Shown here in pieces: positions 30,401-37,192 of a stretch of DNA of 37,192 bases (the first letter of the stretch is position 1; every line of letters begins with the position of its first letter). This stretch comes from Geosiphon pyriformis uo1 (Eukaryota > Fungi > Glomeromycota). A model generated the notes under the pieces. It was given only the letters and a program-made list of their open reading frames with translations. It made no database searches and had not been told where the DNA came from. The position numbers and the translations under genes are program-made. The stretch is from the NCBI GenBank assembly GCA_016748015.1, contig JAAOMT010000299.1:432810-470001 (forward strand). Reading direction: 5' to 3'.

Positions 30401-31436
30401 TGAACCAGCCACTGAATGGAGTTGAGAAGAAAAGGGGAAAAGAAAAGAACAGGAAGAGGAACCAAAACAAATCATCTCCTTCACTCATATTCCATATGCG
30501 ACACCACCTTAAAACGCTTACTGTTGACCCAAATTCGTATGTGTCAGTTGTGGCAAGAAACTGTCAACAATGGGTGCATATTGTAGTAAGGACAAAGAAT
30601 AGACGACAGCAACCAAGTACTACTGTCACCCATGCATCCTTGAATGCAATGGATGACCGCCAAAAATAGAAAAATGGGACGGTATCTTGTGTTTAGCTTG
30701 TGGAGATACTCTCTTAGATAAAAAAATATGGAAAGACATCCTTGGAAGAGGAGGAGCATATGATAAGACATGCCAATACATCATCCTGATTAACAACTGG
30801 ATACGAAAGGGAACTCCCATCAATGATGCCTGAAAGCGAGCATTAAGACACCTAGAAAAATACCTACACAATGAAGATGAGATCTGGAGAATGGCATATG
30901 CTATGTTAGAAAGTGCTACAACAGAGGAGCTGAGAGAAATTAAAAACAACTCACTATCCCTACCTGAGCCCGAATATGTCCAAACCTTTGATGTCTTTGG
31001 CAACATCGAAGACGATCCAGAGGAATTTCATGAGCACTACTAGCAACTAGCACCCACAAGAGAAGAACAAGAAGAGCACTTAGCACAGCTAAACATCCAG
31101 CTATGTGACCATTGTTTAATTCCATGTGACTTTCAATATTGTAATAAGTGTGATCTCATTTACAATCCACCACTACACATGATCTACACAATCTCTGAAG
31201 AGGAAGAACCAATCAGCAATTGCACATCAGAATTAGAATTACCAATCAATCATGATTCAAACTCTGACAATGATGATGACAACAATGGTTCAAGCTCCAT
31301 TCAAAATGGCAATGACAATAACAATAATTCCAACTCAGATCCAAACTCTAATACAAACTATGAACAATATATTACACTACCAGATCTCTCCAAGAAACAG
31401 GAGTTGAAATAGTATAGTGACAATAGGGAAGATATC
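27407..31436 (+). pseudogene. Disrupted gag-pro polyprotein of element A
   Basis: Reads as a polyprotein with many stops: a pre-capsid region from about 27407, capsid from 28412, an apparent 2-nt deletion inside the zinc knuckle (about 29186-29189), then one frame through IYQP repeats, the DSG protease, the Cys-rich region and an acidic linker. Confidence 0.75.
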
Positions 31437-31857
31437 ATGCCAGAATGTGTACATGATACTAATGCAGGGTTTGATCTAAAGTATCTGGAAAAAGAAGCCA
31501 TCAAATTGGAACCATATTTGCACATCTGTATTGATCTGAAAATAGCGCTGGAAATTCCGGCAACAACAATGATTCAATTAGCATTTAGAAGTAGTTTAGC
31601 AAAAAGAGTGATTAATATAAAAGGAAGAATAATTGACACGGAATATGTAAGAAATATCATTGCTATGCTACAAAATGACTCAGAAAAGATCTATATAATA
31701 GAGCCCAATGAAAAGATAGCACAGGCAATATTCCTGCCTTTGGTTAGTGTAGCTCAGTTAATATCAGTAAGAAAGAGGGTGGAATTAAGAATAACAGCAA
31801 GAGGAATACAGGGATTTGGATCAATGGGTAGAATAGATGTACTAGTTAATATAGCAG
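31437..31857 (+). pseudogene. dut: Retrotransposon-encoded trimeric dUTPase domain
   Basis: All five dUTPase motifs are recognisable: AGFDL, RSS, GRIIDTEY, KIAQ and RGIQGFGS. It is in the same frame as the upstream protease. The ORF tail after 31857 is LTR sequence of element B. Confidence 0.9.
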
Positions 31858-32840
31858 TGTTATCAGAGATTTTTGGTCTCTTTTCTTTAATGTTGTTGAT
31901 GGCTGTTTGCTGTGAATTCACGTTTTTTGGATGTGGTTAAACCTCCAATAACTGAATTTATCTTCAAATTATCTCCTATAATTTGAACTGCTGGGCTTAT
32001 AAGTGGAATGACCAATTCCTTGCCAGTTACTTTATGCAGTTATGTTGTAGTAAACGTCAACTCTTTCCCAGGAATTGCTCATCTGGAAGCTCACTAAAAA
32101 TGTGTAGTTACTTTGCTGTAAAAGTCAACTCTTCTACAGAAATCTCGTCTGTAGGCTACCCTAATGATTATAATAAGAAAAATAAAAGAAAAATAAAAAA
32201 AATGTAAAAGAAATTGAATTTTGTCAAGGGAAGCGTTTTCTATCCAGGCCTGAAGTCACTAACAGATTACTGAAATTAGTAGCTAATCAATTTCAAAATG
32301 TTAGTTGTGTTGAAAGAATTTCAAGTGTAATAATTAAGGAATTTGGTTTGTTTTCGAATTATTTGATTTTTATTTCTTTTTGTGTATATAGAAGATAGTT
32401 CTAAATGATAAATCTAAAGTAAGATACATTTCCTCGAAGAGAGAAGCTTTTTTTTTATACAACTTGTCATAACACTATTCTATGAACTTGAACTTTGCTA
32501 TTTTTTATAATTTCACTGAACTAAAAATACATTTCAGCAAACTACAAGTTATTTCTACAAACTATTAGATATTTTGGCAAATTATCAATTATTTCGGCAA
32601 ATTTCTTACAAATTTTGGCAAACTTTTTGAATGTTACATAGTTCAGGTATTGCATGATTGATCATTGCAATTAGGTTACATTTGTGTTATGTACAAATTG
32701 GGTTATTAATTAAATGATAATTTCAGATATTTTACTAATATAATAAGTAATAATTTGAAATGATAATATATGCTAATTAATAATAAGATTTATAAGGGTA
32801 ATTTTATGTTAAACAATGTCTCTAATTTTGTCTGGTAACA
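31858..32840 (-). repeat. 3' LTR of element B (about 983 bp)
   Basis: Reverse-complement homolog of 35704-36673 along most of its length. Termini TGTTACCAG...CTGATAACA on the - strand. Confidence 0.93.
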
Positions 32841-33528
32841 TAATCTCTTCCTCAAGACTGAGCTCTGTCAAAGTCCAAGTACTGTCTGTAATTTCCAGAT
32901 AGTAATCCAAAATTATTAAAGAAATTTGGTCTGAAAATTGTTGAAATTTCGGTTCTGTAAGCTTTTCAATGTATTGAATCTTCAGAGGCTGTAAAATTGG
33001 GTTTTGTAGGACGTTTTCACAGGTGTGGAATAGGTCATAAAGTCTAAGGGCAGCTCTTAGTTTATAATGACTGTTTGTAGGTCCAGCTGTCGTTTTGAAT
33101 TCATTGTGAAGTTGTTTCTGAATAGCTTCTTTTGTGAGGTTTGCTGCTGTAAGCTCTAGTTTTTGCTCATAAAGTGTTTTTCCAATATAGAAATATCTAT
33201 ATATTGGGGGGTATTTGCCATTTTCTTTATTAAGACATAGTTGAAGTTTTTGTTAAATGGTAGTATTTGGTGGAATATTAATAGGGGTGAGCAATAAGTT
33301 TTCTCTTAAAGCAAGCTTCAAAAGTTCTGGTAAATGAATTCCAGAATAACTTCTTGTGTTCTTCCTATAAAGGTGATACTTTTGTGAATTTGGGGCTAGA
33401 TTTGTAACTATTTCTGTTTGGGTATAATTAATATGTTTTCCAGTGATAGTAATGGATAATTCGGGTATTGTTTTTAAAGCTAACATTAGTTTTTGGGATA
33501 ATTGTTGAATGTTTTGAGGAATAGTCAT
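32809..33528 (-). pseudogene. Extra ORF (239 codons, one internal TAA) between integrase and the 3' LTR of element B; unknown function
   Basis: ORF 33528-33253 continues in frame past a single TAA as QKLQLCLNKENGKYPPIYRYFYIGKTLYEQK...AALRLYDLF...IQYIEKLTEPKFQQF...EEEIMLPDKIRDIV*. Confidence 0.7.
32841..32853 (-). promoter_or_regulatory. Polypurine tract of element B
   Basis: GAGGAAGAGATTA lies immediately before the TG of the 3' LTR on the - strand. Confidence 0.7.
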
Positions 33529-35703
33529 TATACAAGATTTGAAAATAAAAGAAAATTATTTTTTGGTGTATGAGTTTTTATGTTATTTTTGTTTTGTTTT
33601 TGTGAGATTGTTTCTAAATTATAAGAAGATAACTATAATAATAAATTTAAATTAAGTGTTCAAGTTGGGAAGTTGTTCAATGACAACTATTGGTTCTAAA
33701 TTTTGGGAAATGTCTTTGGGATTGATTAAAAGGGAATGTGTACCAATTTGTGGAATTAATGGTTTAAGATTGTTTCTGGAATTATAGTGTTTCAAATGAT
33801 CTCCATGTACAACTTTTGCTAGGATTTTGTCATCAAGTCTTAGCTTGTATGATCCGTTGCTTAAAACTTCATGAATAAAAAATGGTCCATCTCATTTATT
33901 CTCAAATTTTCCACTCCATTGTTTTTCAGCTTTAGTTCTGTGTAAGAAAACTTTGTTTCCAATTTTAAATTCATTGGTGACTGGAGGCAATTTGTCATCA
34001 TGCTGTTCTTTTTGTTGAGCTTGGGAGTGTTCAATATGAGTGGCTGCTATTTGTCATTTTCCTTCCAATGTGCTAAGCAGAGTGTAGGCTCTTCGCTGAA
34101 GCATTTCCTGGAAATTGTTTTCATTAATTGGTTGTGCTGAGTATGTTTTTACTGTAAAACTAATTGGTAACGTTGCTGTTCTTTCATAAGTTAAATCAAA
34201 TGGTGTGTGTTTTGTGGTATCTTGTTTTAGTATCCTATATGCTAGTAACACTGATGGAATAAAGAAATCCTATTCTTGCTCAAAATTGGTTGAAACTTTG
34301 GCTAATGATTTACACAATGTTCTGTTAAAACATTCTACAAGTCCATTTGTTTGTGGATAGTAGGGTGAAGATAATGGTCTCTTGACATTAAATCGTCCAC
34401 AAATTTCCTGGATTAAATTGTTCACAAAATGTGTTCCTTGATCAGATAAAAGTTCTTTTGGACATCCATGTCTACAAATGATGTCTTCATAGATGAAGTT
34501 TGCTACTGATTTTGCATCTGCTCATTGAATGGCTCTGGCTTCAGGCAATTTGGTGAGATAGTCTATGGCTACTGCAATATAACGGTTTCCTTAGTTTGTG
34601 ATAGGTAGTGGTCTGATTAAATTGATACCAACTCTGTCAAAAGGCTGTTCAACTTTGATTGGGTTTAATGATTCAGTAGAGCATGTTCCTTTTCTTCTTT
34701 GACAACTATCACAAGATTCAACATATTCGTGAATGTCTTTTCTCATTCGAGGCCAAAAGTAGTATTCTAGTGTTCTTTGAGTGGTGCTGTCTTTTCCGAA
34801 GTATGCTGATGAAAGATCTGAGTACATGTTGTATAATATAGTCTCTTTTTCCTGTTCTTGTATTAATCTGAGTGGTTTGTCTGGATTTTTGAAATTTCGA
34901 TGATAAATAATGTTGTTGTGTAGAAAATATTGTTTGGCTTGTTGTTGTAATCGATGTTTTTCATCTGGAGACCAATCTGTTGGGATTGTTAATGTTTCCA
35001 AATATTGTTTGAGATTGTTGTAGTTTTCCAAATTCATTGTTTGTTGGCTGTTTTGGTTGGTTAAGTTGAGTGTTGGTTTTTTTTTTCTAATCTTGTCTCA
35101 TTCTGGAGAGACAGTCAACATTGGTGTAGAGTTTTTCTGGTTTGTGATGTACTATATATCGATAGTTTGCTAGAAATCCTGTTCATCAGGTTTGTTTTGT
35201 GTTTAGCTGAGTATTTTTGTTCTGAAGCCATTTGAGTCCAATATTATCGGTGATAATATCAAATTCTTTTGGCCGAAGATAAAGATTGAAATGATGTAGA
35301 GCCCAAATTACAGCTGCTGTTTCCAATTCAGTAACAGGATAATTTTTCTCAGCTGGTTTTAATGTTCTGCTAACATAGACGATTACTTGCTCATTTCTAT
35401 TGTTATCTAATTGTAATAAGATAGCACCAAAAACAGTATAAGAGGCATTTGTTGCTAATCAGAATTGGTTGCTAAAATCTGGGGAAACAAGAATTGGAGC
35501 TGTCATTAGTTTTTTTTTGAGGATTTCAAATGCATTTTGGCATTCAGCAGTCCATTCGTATTTGACGTTTTTGGTGGTAAGCTGGTTGAAAGGTTTTGCG
35601 ATTTCTGAGAATCCTTTGATAAACTTCCAATAGTAGAAAGCTAACTCTATGAATTCTCTTAGTTCTGTAGTGTTTCGAAGAGTTTTGAAGTTTTTGACAG
35701 TGC

Positions 35704-36673
35704 TGTTACCAGTAAAATTTTAGCTATTAATTAGCATGAAATTACTCTTATAATTCTTATAATTCATTAGTATATTAATATCATTTCAAATTATCATTTA
35801 TTATTTAATCAATTATCACATATCACGATTCAATTAAAATAATCTAATTAGTATAACAGAAAGTAAGATGATCAAATTACACAATATTCTGAACTTTGTA
35901 ACATTCAAAAATTCGCTGAAATTTACAGAAATTCGCCGAAATTATGAATAGTTCACCCAAATTAATCAATAGTTCAGCAAAATAACTTGTAGTTCATTAA
36001 AATGTATCTTTAGTTTGCTGGAATTTGGGCAAAGAAAAAAAGTGCAAGTTCATAAACTAATACTACAACAAGTTGTATAAAAGAAGAGCTTTTTTCTTCT
36101 GGAAAATGTATCTTACTTTAGATTTATCACTTAGAACCATTCCTACACACACAAAAGAAATAAATATCAAATAATTTGAAAAACCAAATTCTTTAATTAT
36201 TACACTTGGAAAATCCCCAAAACCCAACTAACATTTTGAAATTGATTAGCTACCAATTTTAGTAAACTGTTAGTGATTCCAGGCTTGGATAGAAAACGTT
36301 TCTCTTGACAAAATTCTATTTCTTTTACATTTTTTTTATTTTTTTTTATTTTTCTTATTACAATCATTAGGGTAGCCTACAGACAAGATTCCTGTAGAAG
36401 AGTTGACTTTCACAGCAAAGTAACTACACATTTTTAGTGAGCTTCCAGATGAACAATTCCTGGGAAAGAGTTGACGTTTACTACAATGTAACTACATAAA
36501 GTAACTGGCAAGAAATTGGCCATTCCACTTATAAGCCCAGCAGTTCAAATTATAAGAGATAATTTGAAGATAAATTCAGTTATTGGAGGTTCAACTACTT
36601 CCTGAAAACATGAATTCACAGCAAATCAACATTACCAACATTTAAGAAAAGAGACCAAAAACCTCTGGTAACA
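35704..36673 (+). repeat. 5' LTR of element C (970 bp)
   Basis: Perfect 9-bp inverted termini TGTTACCAG...CTGGTAACA. TATAAAA at 36076, AATAAA at 36159. Homologous to 31858-32840. Confidence 0.93.
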
Positions 36674-36675
36674 TT

Positions 36676-36691
36676 TGGTACTCTTCCACGG
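36676..36691 (+). promoter_or_regulatory. Primer-binding site of element C (TGGTACTCTTCCACGG)
   Basis: Starts with TGG 2 nt after the LTR end, the same geometry as element A. tRNA not identified. Confidence 0.65.
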
Positions 36692-37192
36692 AAATAACAC
36701 AGCAACAACAAATTCAAAGTGGCGACCACACCAGATACAGCAACTCTAGAGTATTATCAGTCAATTTACACCCACTGCAAGCAAAGATTCAACATTCCAG
36801 ATGGAATTGAAATTGTAAAGAAATCAGTATACCATTACATTGAAAACCACATCAACAATTATTTTTTTGGAAACTACAACATTTCAGAAGTTAGAAGCAA
36901 CCTTTACAATAATTTAGTGCATTATTCACATTTGGGAACAGAAGACCTAAACAGTGAAACACTTGCTACCTACTTCCAAGAACTTAATTTTAATATTATT
37001 AAGCATTGTAAAGAAAAATACCCAGTACAGTCTAAATACTCTTTTGACTTTGAATCAGAGACAGAAACAAGCAATAAAGGCAAACAAAGATTGAAGCAAT
37101 ACTCAAGAACCACTCCAAACACTCCAACACTACAAAAAACAACTGCCAAACACTTGCAAACACCTGAACAAGGAACCAGTGTCAAATTACCA

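Larger units (their letters stand above)
26586..31857 (+). mobile_element. Ty3/Gypsy-like LTR retrotransposon A (5' part): LTR, PBS, gag, protease, Cys-rich region, dUTPase; interrupted at 31857
   Basis: LTR TGTTAC...GTAACA, then a PBS. Capsid-like KLDKFTSKEDNAQVWL...IKQGETETVTTY (28412 onward), knuckle CHNCSKQRH (29159), aspartic protease LILDSGSAGSII (29871) and dUTPase (31437). Many premature stops. RT and integrase are not in the window, so the Gypsy call rests on gag and protease type. Confidence 0.88.
31858..35703 (-). mobile_element. Ty3/Gypsy LTR retrotransposon B (3' part): RT C-terminus, RNase H, integrase, extra ORF, PPT and 3' LTR
   Basis: The - strand reads YYWKFIKGFSEIAKP, ATNAS, EKNYPVTELE (RT thumb and RNase H), YFWPRMRKDIHEYVESCDSCQ (integrase zinc finger), LLSDQGTHF, QTNGLVECFNRTL and a GPF motif. 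The RT-RH-IN order is Gypsy-type. Multiple stops. Confidence 0.92.
35704..37192 (+). mobile_element. LTR retrotransposon C (same LTR family as B): 5' LTR, PBS and start of the gag-region ORF; runs off the window
   Basis: LTR, then a PBS, then a frame open from about 36698 to the window end (KFKVATTPDTATLEYYQSIYTHCKQRF...). It is inserted in the RT C-terminal coding region of B in the opposite orientation. Confidence 0.88.

Noticed and set aside
33652-33790. Chromodomain at the integrase C-terminus of element B
   Set aside because: After the GPF module the frame ends in a short tail (EPIVVIEQLPNLNT*) with no chromodomain motif.
31858-36673. A single element bounded by inverted repeats of about 1 kb (DIRS-like or DNA transposon)
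   Set aside because: The right repeat interrupts RT coding sequence and is followed by its own PBS and ORF, while the left has a PPT. Two nested LTR elements explain this better.

Overview
AT-rich, intron-dense fungal genomic DNA. The gene style and transposon families point to Glomeromycotina, probably Geosiphon-like (inference from recalled protein families). The window has three parts. (1) 1-9.6 kb is microsatellite-rich intergenic DNA with no convincing gene. (2) 9.7-19.2 kb is a compact island of three intact spliced genes: a Spp2-type G-patch protein (+), tail-to-tail with its known partner, the DEAH helicase Prp2/DHX16 (-, 19 exons), which is head-to-head with a UFD1-domain / zinc-finger / AZUL protein (+). 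One Prp2 intron is unusually long and holds a strand-specific RNA structure. (3) 19.7-37.2 kb is a decayed, CpG-poor transposon nest: a LINE is interrupted by Ty3/Gypsy element A (gag, protease, Cys-rich insert, dUTPase), which is interrupted by reverse-strand element B (RNase H, integrase, extra 3' ORF, LTR), which is interrupted by element C of the same family as B. The top leads are the Prp2-Spp2 gene pair, the structured Prp2 intron, and the retrovirus-like accessory features of the Gypsy elements (conserved pre-capsid domain, dUTPase, env-position ORF, intron-like signals inside the LTRs). All coordinates and translations were derived by hand.
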